Origin: Veleropilina oligotropha
Lineage: Eukaryota
NCBI GenBank assembly: GCA_048128005.1
Contig: JBEUKZ010000112.1
Coordinates: 806,001-870,000 of the forward strand
Length of the DNA: 64,000 nt
Direction: 5' to 3'
Below, in pieces: positions 1-13,053 of the stretch. How positions within the stretch are numbered: the first letter of the stretch is position 1; each line of letters begins with the position of its first letter. The translations under genes and the position numbers were made by a program. Below the pieces are notes generated by a model that saw only the letters and a list, made by a program, of their open reading frames with translations, was not told where the DNA came from and ran no database searches.

Positions 1-254
1 ACTATCCTCTCACGCGAAATCATAGTAGATAAACAAACCGTTGCTAGTGAATATTGATCCAATTGTATGGAACACCATAGCAGCCATACGATAACTGTTG
101 TATCAGATTATATAGTGGATAATGGTCATCTTATATATGGCATGACCACAGCAAAATATGCAATCAAGTATTACAGCATGTGTACATCATATTATGTACT
201 GACCATATCATATTAATATTGTAGTATCAGCTATATACAAGGATTACTCACCTC

Positions 255-292
255 ACACACGCACGCACGCACGCACGCGCGCGCGCGCGCGC

Positions 293-360
<68 letters not shown>
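255..360. repeat. Compound (CACG)n/(CG)n/(CA)n microsatellite
   Basis: About 105 bp of alternating purine-pyrimidine sequence, read directly. Confidence 0.95.
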
Positions 361-366
<6 letters not shown>

Positions 367-370
367 TATG

Positions 371-455
371 TAACAATGATTTCGTCTAGATCTACAAAAG
401 CTATATATTTGTTAACAATGATTTCGTCTAGATCTACAAAAAGCTATATATTTGT
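371..455. repeat. Tandem duplication of a ~42-bp unit
   Basis: taacaatgatttcgtctagatctacaaaagctatatatttgt occurs twice, differing by one A. Confidence 0.9.
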
Positions 456-1553
456 TAACATACCGATAACGGCTTAAACAATCATTTAACATTGCCAATT
501 GGCCGAAACAATGAATTTCAGGTGGGTGGCCAGATCCCTCTACTGCATGATGTCAACTAAACCTTTTTGGTATTGCTCAATAACACGTGCAACATTCGAA
601 GCAGGACTGTGGTTATAAAATGTAAAACTGTAGCCCCGAATAGCCCATTCATTTACACCATATTAATAAATTCTTCGATACGTCTGTAATTACGATTCAA
701 TGACGATACACAAACCCTGAACTTTGAATATTCACCCCCTTGAAACCGTCACTGTCATGTTCTTTCTCTAACGTTAGAACGTCACTAGCATTTTCGCATT
801 TTCCTGCAACCATATTCACTGCGATTGGTTTGGAATTCCGACTTAGTGGTCACGTCACGAAAGCAGCCGTGTGCCTGCGAACGCAATGGTATACATCATT
901 AAAACATTTATGTGACCTAATCTATATTGTTCTGGGCTGTTGTTTATTATTAATTATTAGTTTATTATAGCTTTAAGCACACTACATGCTTGTAGCCAAA
1001 AATAATAATTTTACAGACAGGCAAGTAAATGTGTTTTGCTAAAAGCAAAACGTATCAAGTAAGTATAAAATAAATGGATAAATACATTATAGTAGAAGGA
1101 GTAATTAGGATGTTATACATGAATAAGATTATATATATAATAGTATATCTACCTGAATAATATTATATATATAGTTGTATATCTATATAAATATACAGTT
1201 TTTATGACATGGTCATTAGTCTTACGTACTAACATACAGTATCAATAATTCATAATAATAATAGTAAATAGCAATTAATTAGAGTATACAGATACATATA
1301 ATATACATATATAAAATGCAATATACAATAAAACATCATCTGCACATTCACTCATAAGATATTGTACATCAAATTATTGCTGGTTTCTTAATAATAGCGC
1401 GTGTTTTAGAAATATGCCCAAGCTGGTGATCGTTTTAGTTGAATCAGTTGACATTAAGTTGATAAATTTTTGTTTGGTTGGCCAACGTGTGAAATATTTG
1501 GGAAGGTGTTTCATACGCACTTCTCTATATTTGGGGCACACTAATATATATAG

Positions 1554-1699
1554 AATACTACACTGGTTGTTGATAGATACCATTTTTACGTGACGAGTAT
1601 ATGTCTGACGGTATCTAAACGAGCGAAAGCGAGTTTAGATACCGTCAGACATATACGAGTCACGTAAAAATGGTATCTATCGACAACCAGTGTAGTATT
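1554..1699. repeat. ~67-bp-arm inverted repeat (hairpin) with 12-nt loop
   Basis: Arms 1554-1620 and 1633-1699 with 3 mismatches; loop gagcgaaagcga. Confidence 0.95.
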
Positions 1700-2107
1700 T
1701 TATTTATTACTCACGATATTTATGTTGAAATACTTGTTTTATTATCGTATTTCTGCATATAAATCCGAATATTGTCGCCAACAACATTTGCGTAGGAATT
1801 GCCTCTTCACAGATGTGATAAAATCCTTGCGCATTAATATAGGTCGTTCTTATAGCCTAACAACGTTAAAAATAACAAAACGTCTTGTAACAATCAATAA
1901 GATATTTAATTAAATAATTGTAAATGGCTATTATTATTTATATTTATATACAGAGATTTCAAAATAGCGTCAAATTTCCATATTGCATCACGTGTTCCTA
2001 TCGTCACTGATCATTGTTTTGTCTGGGGCGCATTGGGCTCGATGGTGCAATTAGAAATCGGTGCGGAAAAAATAGGTCTTAAGAAATTCCATGACTAGAT
2101 TGTGAAT

Positions 2108-2850
2108 TTATGGGAGCGGGACCGTGAATTGGAAGTTCGAGACATTTATCGAGGGTGGAGCTGAACGAAAATCTACCGGCCTTAATGTGGCATACAGCTT
2201 ATAAATGAATACCGGACATCGTTCGTCGCCCGTTTCCCAAGCACGAGGAGGAACATCACGGACATTCCTGGTATCACCAACTGTGCGTGTTTTCGTTTGG
2301 CGCTCGTTATATTCGAGGAATTCTCTCCCGTCGCTGCCTACCTTTAACGAAACATCGCCCCATTTCATCATATGGTGTGGTTTAACACTTCGAAGGACAA
2401 AGTGACGGGTGTTATTCCACCACAGAGTATTTATGATGGATTCGGGGTTGTTGCAACCCATTTCATTGCCGTTATACAATTTCTGGATTTCGTCACAGGA
2501 TAAACTTTCAGCCCTATTTGGTAAGTTTCCGAGCCCTTGACTTTTAAGTGCTTTTTGTTTTGATGACAAAACATCCCGAAGCCGTGAAAACTCTGTCCCG
2601 CAGTAATGACTTTTCTTACCCTCTGTGTTTTAATGTTAGTGATGAGGGTTCATATTCTTGACCATTTTCTTTCTTTATTGACATGAAGTAATTACATAGG
2701 ATGTCGCACAGTTCATTTGGCGATATAGTTGCTATTGGTCTATTGTCGCCTTTTAGTATCATGAATTTGGCCAAAATATTAGAATCTTACTGTGTCTTTC
2801 GCAATGTATTTTTATTTTTGTTTTCTTGAATAAAGCTGTTAATGTTCGAA
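2108..2850 (-). pseudogene. Degenerate Crypton-type tyrosine recombinase (DUF3504/KCTD1-ZMYM-like); catalytic C-terminal half missing
   Basis: NKNTLRKT...GQEYEPSSL upstream (with stops). ORF has LKSQGLGN, WWNNTRHFVLR, YNERQTKTR, RCPV..YKLY...RP, then jumps to a C-terminal tail. No HxxR or catalytic Tyr region seen. Confidence 0.7.
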
Positions 2851-5498
2851 CGGTCGTACTCGTAATCATAAGTTGTGGTAGGTGCAGATTTTGTATTAGT
2901 TTCGTCAAAAAAATCGTCACGAAACTTCATGTAAACTTAGGCTGGTAGATCGATGATCGATCCAGAGGTTGGGGGTGGCGTTACTGACTGGTTGAACTAC
3001 TGACATAACTCGTCCACGCACTTTCCCGTCAATTTTCACGCAATCATTAACACGGATAATTGATATAGATGTCTCCATCTTGACTCTAAGCAGACGACGC
3101 ATCAAAATTCATTTTATATTTTGTCATAATTATTATTTGTAAATACTATTTTATTGTATGCTTACTTTTATTTATTTTACCAATGTTTGTAGTTATTTTA
3201 ATTATACTTTCGTTGCTCTATAAGATGTCGTTCCGACGGCAGTCGTGGGACATTTTCTTGATAGTAAAAGTTGTAACATTTATCAATGAAAAAGTAGTCC
3301 CGTGACCTTACATCAGCAGATTGCTATTGTCCAATCAAAATTGAGGGTTGGAGGTCAATCGTTTATCCAACACCCGTAAGATACGAGATTTTTATGAGAT
3401 AGCGATATCTTCAACACCCGAGTAATAAAAAATGGTATTCGTCTTCTATTACATGTTGATCACAATGCTGGCAAAACCGTTCATTCCTCGCTATGCCATG
3501 AAATCTTCCTTCTTCTACTGCTAATTTGCAAGTGCTACTCCTAACGTGTGAGATTAATTTTCTGGATGTACGGTTAGATAATTGTAGATGTTTTTCGAAT
3601 TTTGTTTCGCACTTGTATTGATAATAATTGAATAACTTTGGAGTTGAATGCATTGAATTGTGCCAGCATTGTTTAAATTGATCATTTAGTCTTTGTAGTA
3701 GTGACGGTAGTGATATTTCGATATTATCCTGCTCATACCAGTAATTATTGAACCCTAGATCGAATAGCAAATCTCGTACGCATGAAGCCCAATTTGTGGT
3801 ATTGACTCGGACGCATTCACGTCTGCTGTAATTATATACCTTGTAGATCAGAGTATTTCTATTTTTGATTAAATTTATCCAGTATTTTAATATTTTTTCT
3901 TTTCGATAGATGGACATTGTCATTCTGTTTAATTCTCCATACATATAAAAATTTGATGCTCTCTGTGAAACTTGGAGCGTTTTTCGACAAAATTTTGTAT
4001 GTACCTTTTCTACGTCTTCACCTTTATGAAACCCCCAGATTTCAGCCCCATAATTCAATACTGGGGTGACTAGTGAGTCGAACATGTCTATTTGAGTCTG
4101 AACAGGAAAATGATAACTATTTAGAATTTGACCTAACCCCCCTAGTGCCTTATCACCTTGTTGCGCTTGCCGTTTTTGCGCATGTTTAAAACTTCCACTT
4201 TTATGAAGGTTAACCCCAAGATACGTGAAAGATTCAACTTGTTCTATAGTATTCTTATCATATGTAAAATCCGGATTAACCAACCTCCTTTTTTTGGCAA
4301 AAACAACAACTTTTGTTTTATTGACATTGACGGCGATACCCCACTTTGTACAATAGTTCTGCAAATGATCTAATTGGTGTTGAAGCTCTATCGCAGAATT
4401 CGCAAACAAAACTGCATCATCAGCGAAAAGTAGGGAAAATAATATCATTGTGTCGATCGTCACAAGGTCATTGTTGCTAATAGGGATATAGTTGGACATG
4501 AAGTCATTTACGAAGAATAAAAATAGGATTGGTGACAATGGTTCCCCTTGCTTAACGCCTTTGAAACTCGAAAAACTTTCCGATCTCGCATTATCATATT
4601 TTATGCATATCTCAACTTGAGAGTACATAGATTTAACTAATTTTATTATCTTGCTGCTCGCACCCGACTTCCATAATTTGTAATATAATATATCTCTATT
4701 TACTGTGTCAAAAGCCTTTTTAAAATCGACAAATGCGCAGAAGAGACTTTTTTTCTTTAATAATGTGTTCGATATTATGTTTTGTAAGATGAAAATACAG
4801 TCGATTGTGCTGTGTTTAGGTCGGAAACCGAATTGGTTTGGTATTAACTTATCGTTATTTTCAGCCCAGCATGATATTCTTGAGTTTATGACACTAGAAA
4901 ATATTTTTCCAAATACACTTGATATGCAAATAGCACGAAAATTATTTGGGTCTGACAAGTCGCCTTTTTTAGGTATGGGGACAATTATGCCAGTTGACCA
5001 GGATTTAGGAAATATGCTATTTCCTAACATAATGTTGAATAATTTTTCTAAGAGTGGGATGAAAGAATCAAGGCAATCAAGAAACATTTCAGATATCAGT
5101 TTGTCATTTCCAGCACCTTTTTTTTTTTTTAAACAATATTTTATTACAACTTACAGAATATACAAGTTACACGTATACATGTACAGGTGGCAATGAGGCA
5201 GCAGGTTAAACCTATGTAAGCCCTCTCGCCGAAATATTTACATTGGTGTATTACATTATTAAAGATAAAGTGCGGTAGGTAAGTCGTATATAATCAGTAA
5301 TAGCTATTGTGAGAAATAATGAGTTAAGTGAGATACTGATTATAAAGTATGATCTTTCTGCTCAACAACTGATAACAATAATGAGAACATATATTATAGC
5401 AAATGCAATGAGAAGAACAAAAGCAATAGCAAAAACAAAAGCAAAAGCAACCCAGGGGTGGTCTAATTTGTCGTGATCGTTATTTATAATTTATTCCT

Positions 5499-7545
5499 TT
5501 ATTGAAAACGATTTGTTCTTTTTATGTACGTCTGAACAACTTTGAATATATTTTGGTTATCTTGGTATCGGAAATCTATATTTCCGAATAGTAGGTCTGA
5601 TATATTTAAGGTTCCCAGTTCATCTAACATGGACTGGCGCTCGCCTGCATAAGACGGGCAGTCAAGAAGGTAGTGGGAGACATCTTCGTTCCAGTAAACC
5701 GCATGCACAACATGGACTCTCAGTGATATTTATTCGGAACAGGTATGCGTTTAGAGTACTACAGTATTTGTTTCTTAAGCGTGTATGCAAGATTGCAGAC
5801 TTTCTATCCATCTCGTAATCATAATATCGTTTAATCGGTTGACGGATTAAAATTTTATTTTTAAAAATGCTAATCGACCTTGCATGTTTAGTTTCCGGCT
5901 CAAAATTATTCCATTCTTGAATATTACGAGGAAAATATGATTTTCGAAAAACTTCAGTTCTTGCATTAACAGTAGATATGTGATGTCGGTTACGAAGTGA
6001 ATATGGAGTTTGTGATTGTCTTACTGGGGGGAGCAAAATGCTTAGAGAAGAAGGACAGTGACCGTTATTAAGTTTGTACATTAAGATTAGCCTTTTGTTA
6101 TGACGTCTAGTTTTTAAACTGTCCATATTTGCCTCTTTTAATAGGCAATCGAGAGGACACCATTTTGGCAGACCTGTTATTATCCTAATAGCTTCGTTTT
6201 GCAAATTGTCTATTCGAGTTGATTGGTACTGTGTGATGTTATCCCAAACTACAGACCCATATTCCAACATGGGTCTTATGAAAGCAAGATATATTGTACG
6301 TAGTGTAGCTCTATTGAAGTTATATTTATGCGAACGGAGTAACGGTGTGTTATATATTTTGGCCAGTTTGTGTTTTCGATTTCTCTTACGCATACCTTTC
6401 CGAATAGTGCCGTTCATCTATGGTTTGTCGCGAGGTCGGATGGTTACCAATTTGTTAGGGATGAATTGTTCCGATAAATTCGTTAACAGGTTTGTAAAAT
6501 TATTGATCAATTCATCGATGTCAGTAGGTGAGAGAATAAATAAATCCCAATCTATATTCATTAACGTTTCTGAAAAATGTTCATAGTTCCCTTCTTGGTA
6601 TTTCCATATTTTCCTTTTAAAGGCATGTGCTTTTTCTTTAGTAGTTGCTAGGTTTAATAAGAATGGAGAATGATCACTACAAAAGGGAACCATCACTTTT
6701 GCGCTTGAGATAATATTAGGACAATTGACAAAAGCTAAATCTATTAACGTTGAGGAGTTCTGTGTTATTCTGGTTGGTTCTTGGATTATTTGGTCAAAAT
6801 TATAACTGATAAGCAAATCTTTAAACCTTGAACATGCATCTGAGAGAAAATTAGTATTAAAATCCCCAACCAGAATAGCTTGATTATTCCTTGCTGTTAA
6901 AATATCTAGAAAATCTGTAAAATTAGCTTGCCATTCAGCCAACGGTGCATTAGGTGGTCTATAAATACAAGAAATTAACATTGGCTTATGTTTGATAAAT
7001 ACCTCCATGACAATGCATTCCATATTATTAGGTTCAAGCTGTGAAAGTCTATTACATTTATGGTTATGATTAATGTACAACGCTACTCCACCACCGTGCC
7101 GATTTCGATCCCTTCTTAGTAACGAGTAGCCAGGAACATGCAAGCGATCATCAGGTACACTATCATCTAACCAAGTTTCAGACAAGGCAATGATATCGTA
7201 GTTCTCAATCTCCGCAGTAAATATGTCAAACTTTGGTAAAATGCTTTGAATATTAAGATGAAATAAAGTAACAGTATTCATTAATTTGTTGATTGGTCCT
7301 GGGTTGTTTTCAACGTCACCGCATTGCAAAATAAGTAAAGAACAAAATAGGCAGAGTCTTAATCCTAAAGTTATGAATAAAAGTGGAATGCGCAGATAAT
7401 ACTGACTGTGTTTTATCCTTTTTTGTTTGAGATGAATGGTGAATAAACCAATTGTAAGACGATATGCGTCAAGGTCATTACCCATGGTGCATGAGTGATT
7501 GAGGGATGGTACTTTTAAATGGCAAATATACATTTTTAAAGCCAA
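5499..7545 (-). pseudogene. ORF of the CR1-group insert: 2A-like motif, APE endonuclease, C-terminal region; RT absent
   Basis: GDVENNPGP at 7294-7320. LSETWL, YRPP, GDFN, SDH motifs. KPW Trp codon is TAG at 6418. Frameshift near 5700. No PQG or ADD motifs. Confidence 0.85.
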
Positions 7546-8307
7546 TTTCCACTGTTACAGGTGCACATGATCAACAACATGTTTTACAACAAATAGAGTA
7601 CTATATATTAACAAGTACACAGATATTGACAATATCGAATCGGATAACGGTATGATAAGGTACAGATATGAAAAATGATATACTTATTGAGATATCTAAT
7701 GTATTTTTGTTTAGCACTAATTTGTTTTAAATTTAAAGAAAGTTTAGAGCAAAAAGGCCACATTAGATAACGATAACCGCCTTGGTGTCTAATACACAAT
7801 GTAGTTGAATGAGAACACAAGTCGTTAAAGTGTTGTTTTCAGGTAATGTAGTTTTCATGGTGGCTGCATCCTAGACTCATGCAATATTACGCTGAAAGGC
7901 AGAATACATTTCAACAGGTCAACCACGAAATATTTCACTTACTTAGAACTGGTTAAGTAGGATTAATCCGTGTTCTACTTCTAGACAATTGACACGATTG
8001 GCGATTAATAACGGACCAATTGCTCGAACGTGACCTGGTAAAAGATGGATTGATGGAGATCTATGTACATTTTAGAATATTGACACATTGATAGAAAAAT
8101 AAATAAATCGTAAATATTCCATAAAGATCCAATGTATGTTAATGTTAATTAAATTGAAATTTACAAGTAATTAAGATATTACTGTGACTAGAGGTAATCA
8201 CGTCAAAAACTATTTTTTCATACATTGCGTTTTTGAATCACATACACGTGAAAATATTATGGGGTATATTTAGAAGCGTAATGAATTAGCGGTGTCAATG
8301 GTCTATT

Positions 8308-8308
<1 letters not shown>

Positions 8309-8385
<77 letters not shown>
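8309..8385. repeat. (TA)n microsatellite
   Basis: Direct reading; lies in the 5' region of the CR1-group insert. Confidence 0.97.
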
Positions 8386-8392
<7 letters not shown>

Positions 8393-8930
8393 CCGTAGAA
8401 ATACATTAGATAATTAGCATTTGCAGCAATGTAGATTGTTAGTGATAATAATGAACTAACAAAACTTATTATATTATATTATATTTGTGGTTATTGATAT
8501 TAGTCGTTCGTGACATATCTTGGTATACCTCATCCCATGTCCAGCACCCTTGTTCCTCTTCAGCCTTTTTATTGCCGATATAATTTCAGATGGGCTTATA
8601 ATAGCGTCTAGTGAATCATCTATAATTACGTTAGTGTTTAGGTCAACGTTCGCCTCGTTAATTGCGTCCATTGCATCATTTGATAGTTCATCTGGGACTT
8701 CACCAAATAAGTTTTGATAGTAGGTTTTGAACTGATCATTTGTCGGTTTTAAAACATTTTCTTGTTTTTTTGTTTTATTGTCCCTGACCGTTGACCAAAA
8801 CTTTTTGGGCTCGAATTTAGCAATTTTACTTAGTTCTTTGCCTTTCTTCGCTTTATATTTATGAACTGCATTTTTCTTAACTTTAATATAACTACTTCTA
8901 GATGATATAAATTTAAGTCTATTAGTATCA

Positions 8931-9213
8931 CTAGCATTGGTACCCGTCTTCGCCGGGTAAGTCCCCCCAGGCCAAATTTTTTTTTTTTTTTTTTGGATAG
9001 TGCACCCTTTTTTTTTTTTTTCTCGATTATATTAAAAATGATAGTAAATTTTTTTTTTTTTGGCGAATTTTCCGAATTTTTTTCGTGGTAAACCTTCCTT
9101 GGGGGACCCCGATTAACCCCCCAAAGTTTGAAGGTCCTAGGTCAAAGCGTCTGGGAGGAGTTCAACTTGAAACAGACAGACCCGCATACAATTATAGCTC
9201 CATTATATTAAGA
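8931..9213 (-). mobile_element. Non-autonomous mini-Helitron (283 bp)
   Basis: Minus strand reads A|TC...TACCCG-gcgaaga-CGGGTA hairpin...CTAG|T. No TSD. Removal restores the LINE A frame. Confidence 0.9.
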
Positions 9214-10159
9214 TTACGTATTCGTCTATAATTATTTCTATCTTTGCAGAAAGTCTTTTTACTAAGAATACAATCTCGATCGAACCAAGGTTTTTGGGGT
9301 TTTCGTGTACTAGATATTGTCTTTGTGTGACCAAATAAGTTGTAACTGATTTCGTATATTTTTGACGACACGGCGTCCACGGCTGCGTTAATATCATAAT
9401 TATTGCCTATTCTATCAATAAATTGGTGAAACATTGGCATATTTGAGACAATTTCGTTCCTGTATTGGTCAATGTTATCGTTATTCCATTGTAAATATGA
9501 TATATCACGGGGAGGATTGTTTACCTTGTTTGAATCTGTGGAATATGAAGGTATAGCAAAATTCAAGGATGAGTGATCAGAAAATTCAGTGAGGTCATGT
9601 ATAATCAGGTCTTGAGTGTATTTAGCATGTTCAGGTGACACAAGCAGATAGCCAACCACGCTTGATCCATTAGGTGTGAAACATGTGAACTGTCCGAATC
9701 CTGCGTCATGACAAAGACGACCATTAGCGATCATGTGATTAGTGTTCATACACAATTGTAACAATCGCCTGCCGAAATTATTGACAACCTTATCTTCGCT
9801 TATTCTACATGAAATATTTGGATCATCTGTATTAAGGACAGGGACAAAGTCGCTTACAAAATCATCAATATCGTTAGCTACAATGAAGTCTGGATCTTCG
9901 GCAGTGCGTGAATTAAAATCACCGCATGCCAAAACAATCCCTTTTTCGCTGTACATGTTAACGTCATTTTCTAGTGTGGTGAACAAATAATCTTTATCAA
10001 CGTTATGGTAGAATGTCGAACTAATGGGAGGGATATATACAAGTGATAGAAAGATATCACATTCAACTTTAAAATATTTTTTGTCGAGCTTAATCCAAAT
10101 GATACCTGATAAGTCAATTTTTACAACGGATATCCCACCTTTGAGGTGTTGTTTGTAAT

Positions 10160-12596
10160 TAAATAGATTAAATAGAATTTGTTTGGGTTTAGAAAGCGCA
10201 TTACTGCCACTCATATAAAAACCCATTGAGTTGTCTTGTCCTCTATAACCTGCCCTTCTTCTTAAAATGCTCATCTAGGCGATTTTTAAATTGGTTTACA
10301 GATGTCGATTCCACTACATTATTAGGAAGAGCATTCCATTCATCGACAACCCGATTTGAGAAAAAGTGTTTTCTAACGTCTAGTCGGAATCGTTTTTTGT
10401 AAATCTTGTATTGATGCCCCCGGGTATGCCTTTGGTTCATCTGAAAAAAGAAACTATTGTCAACGTTGACTTTTCCTGTAAACATTTTAAAAACCTGAAT
10501 CATATCACCTCTTATCCTTCTCAAAGATAATGTTGTGAGGTTCAGAGCTCTTAGTCTCTCCTCGTATGGTAATTCTCTCAATTCTCCTATCAATTTTGTG
10601 GCTCTTCTTTGAACTTGTTCTATTATATTGATATCCTTAGCAAGATATGGACACCATGCTTGCACTGCATATTCTAAATGCGGTCTAACCATTTGCTTGT
10701 ATAGGCGAGTTATGATGGCTTTAGATTTAAAATTAAAATTTCTCTTTATCATTCCCAATATTTGATTTCCCTTTTTAGCTGACTCTGCACATTGATTTGA
10801 TGGTTTAAATGTCTTGTCTACCCATACACCCAAATCTTGTTCTTTGGCCATTTCTTGTAAAGCTTCTGAACCCATTTCATAATTATAGGTATTGTTATTA
10901 TAACCCACATGCATTACTTTACATTTGCTGGTGTTGAAAACCATTTGCCAGTCCTCAGACCATTTTATCACATTATTTAAATCACCTTGAAGTTTCTTTG
11001 AATCTTCTTCTGTTTCGATAATTCTGTACAGCTTGGTATCGTCTGCAAACTTTTTTACTAGCGATGTAATGACGTCATCAATATCATTTAAATATATGAG
11101 AAACAACAATGGTCCCAACACAGAACCTTGTGGGACTCCACTTAGTACTGGTTTCCATTCTGACTTTACCCCATTTATTACAACCCTCTGTTTTCTATTT
11201 TCTAGCCACTTACATATCCAATTTAGTATTTGGCCTTTAATGCCATGGTTACTTAATTTTTGTAATAGTCGTTTATGTGGTACTTTATCGAATGCTTTCT
11301 GAAAATCAAGATATATGATATCAACTGGTTTGCCATTGGCAATTGCACTTGTTACATCTTCAAAAAATTCCAGTAAGTTTGTTAAACAAGATCTTTTTTC
11401 CATAAACCCATGCTGACTTAGGTTTAGAAGGCCAAATTTATTTATGTGTTTTAAGATAGCATCCTTTAAGATGGATTCCATTATTTTGCCTACTATTGAT
11501 GTCAGACTAACAGGTCGATAATTTTGGGTATTTGATCGACTACCTTTTTTAAAGATTGGGGTAATATTTCCAGTCTTCCAGTCATCAGGCAAGCTGCCTT
11601 CTTGTAGAGTTTTATTGAATATCAGGGCTAATGGCTTTGCTAATTCATCTTTACCGAATTTTAGCAATTTGGGATATATGCTGTCTGGACCTGGAGCTTT
11701 ACTGACATTTAGTAAGCTTATCTTTTTTTCAACCATTTCCGTAGTAATTTCAATACTTTCACAAAATGTTTCATGATCTTCATAAATAAGTTTTACGGGT
11801 GGAATGTTTATCGTGTCCTCAATAGTATAAACAGATGCAAAATATTTGTTAAGGGATTCTGAGATTTGTGCATCATCGGATATTATATTTCCATGTTCAT
11901 CGTTCAGGGGACCTACGACATCTTTTGCTTTTTGTTTTGACCTAATATAAGCATAAAAAGATTTGGGGTTTTCCTTGATGTTTTCTGCTAACTTTTCTTC
12001 AAAAGCTTTTTTGGCTGCTCGGATTTCTTTTTACTTTCTTTCTCACATTCTTTATATTTTTGGTGCTCATCTGTGTCGTGTGACTCTCTGTATCGTTTCC
12101 AACGTTTATATTTCCGTCTTATAATTTTTCTGACTTTCCTGGTTAACCATGGTGGTGAATGTTTTTTGCGTCTACACTTTAATGGAACATTTCTTTTCAT
12201 TATTTGTTCGATGTTATTTCGAAAACCTTCCCAACATTCCGTGGCATTTAAGTTTTCAGTTCCCTCCCAGTTTATATTCCGGAGATCTGCTTTAATTTTG
12301 TCAAAATCTGCTTTTCGAAAATCTGGTATTTCTTGTTTGATAGTTTTCACAATTGTTTTTGTGTGTAGCTGGAATTCAATTAAATCATGATCACTACATC
12401 CAAGTTTCCCAATTCTGCTAATGTTTTGCACCATATTTACCTCACTGGAAAACACTAAGTCTAATACATTATTGCCTCTAGTCGGGAAATCCACATGTTG
12501 GTGCATGAATTCATTTTGCATCGTGGTTAAAAAATCTGTTCCTGCTTTCCCACTATGTAAATTTTTCCAATTTATATCTGGGTAATTAAAATAGAT
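10160..12596 (-). mobile_element. 5'-truncated CR1-clade LINE
   Basis: FNYPDINW, SDH, KAFDKVPH, GVPQGSVLGP, FADDTK, RPHLEYAVQAW. Short 3' UTR ending in (TCTATTTAA)2. Confidence 0.9.
10243..12596 (-). pseudogene. CR1 ORF2 (partial APE + RT) with one frameshift near 12030
   Basis: ORFs 11988-12617 and 10243-11736 join through an A-run (ECEKESKK|EIRAAKKAFEEK). Confidence 0.88.
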
Positions 12597-12828
12597 AATA
12601 GATACACAGACCCCCACTATTCCTACCTCGAGTACATCGACGTGGCCTATTTAAACATATGCATTCAAATCCCTCTATATTACATTGATCATTGCTAGCA
12701 AGCCAAGTTTCTGTGAACATAATAATATCATGCTTAGATATTACATCAATAAAGTCGACGTCGTTTACCTTATTTTTTAGTCCATTAATGTTCCATACAG
12801 ATATTTTAATCAGCTCCTTCGTGTGGTC

Positions 12829-13053
12829 CTATTTACTTTGGTAGAGACGACCATCGATAAACAGCTTGTCGACTACTAGGTTTGCCCGTTTGCCTTGTTC
12901 TTTTGCTTGGAATAGAACTGGCAAAAGCGATCGTCGCCTATCGCGTATCTCTGCTGGAAACTGCTCCGATATTCCAAATGGTGTTCCTTTTAATTTTGAA
13001 CTTAGTTTTCTGACGATCTCTCGGTCTTTATAAAAGTTGAACTTCACTACCAT
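12829..13053 (-). pseudogene. C-terminal remnant of LINE A ORF1 (L1-ORF1p-like)
   Basis: Clearly homologous to 14445-14939 (LKGTPFGISEQFP...QGKRANLVVDKLFI). Confidence 0.85.

Larger units (their letters stand above)
1547..3422 (-). mobile_element. Non-autonomous Crypton-like (tyrosine recombinase) DNA element
   Basis: Interrupts LINE A between HFLL and VCP, with TATTA at both junctions. Contains a degenerate DUF3504/CryptonA-like ORF and a long terminal hairpin. Boundaries approximate. Confidence 0.7.
5118..8539 (-). mobile_element. PolyA-tailed CR1-group (Zenon/L2-like) non-LTR element with RT core deleted
   Basis: 9-bp TSD tccagcacc at 5109-5117 and 8540-8548. AATAAA then polyA tail at 5118-5130. 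APE domain and C-terminal IRPMLEYGSVVWD ... EDVSHYLLDCP. Confidence 0.85.
1374..12828 (-). pseudogene. LINE A ORF2 (APE-RT-CCHC) in five pieces: ~12828-12597, ~10158-9214, 8930-8540, 5108-3423, ~1541-1374
   Basis: Manual joining gives GGLCIY|YKQHLKG, RIRN|DTNRLK, KGAG|NDKLISEMF and HFLL|VCPKY, all in frame. Confidence 0.85.

Noticed and set aside
9192..10274. 360-aa ORF as an independent gene
   Set aside because: Chimeric read-through from the CR1 3' UTR into LINE A APE and then into the Helitron.
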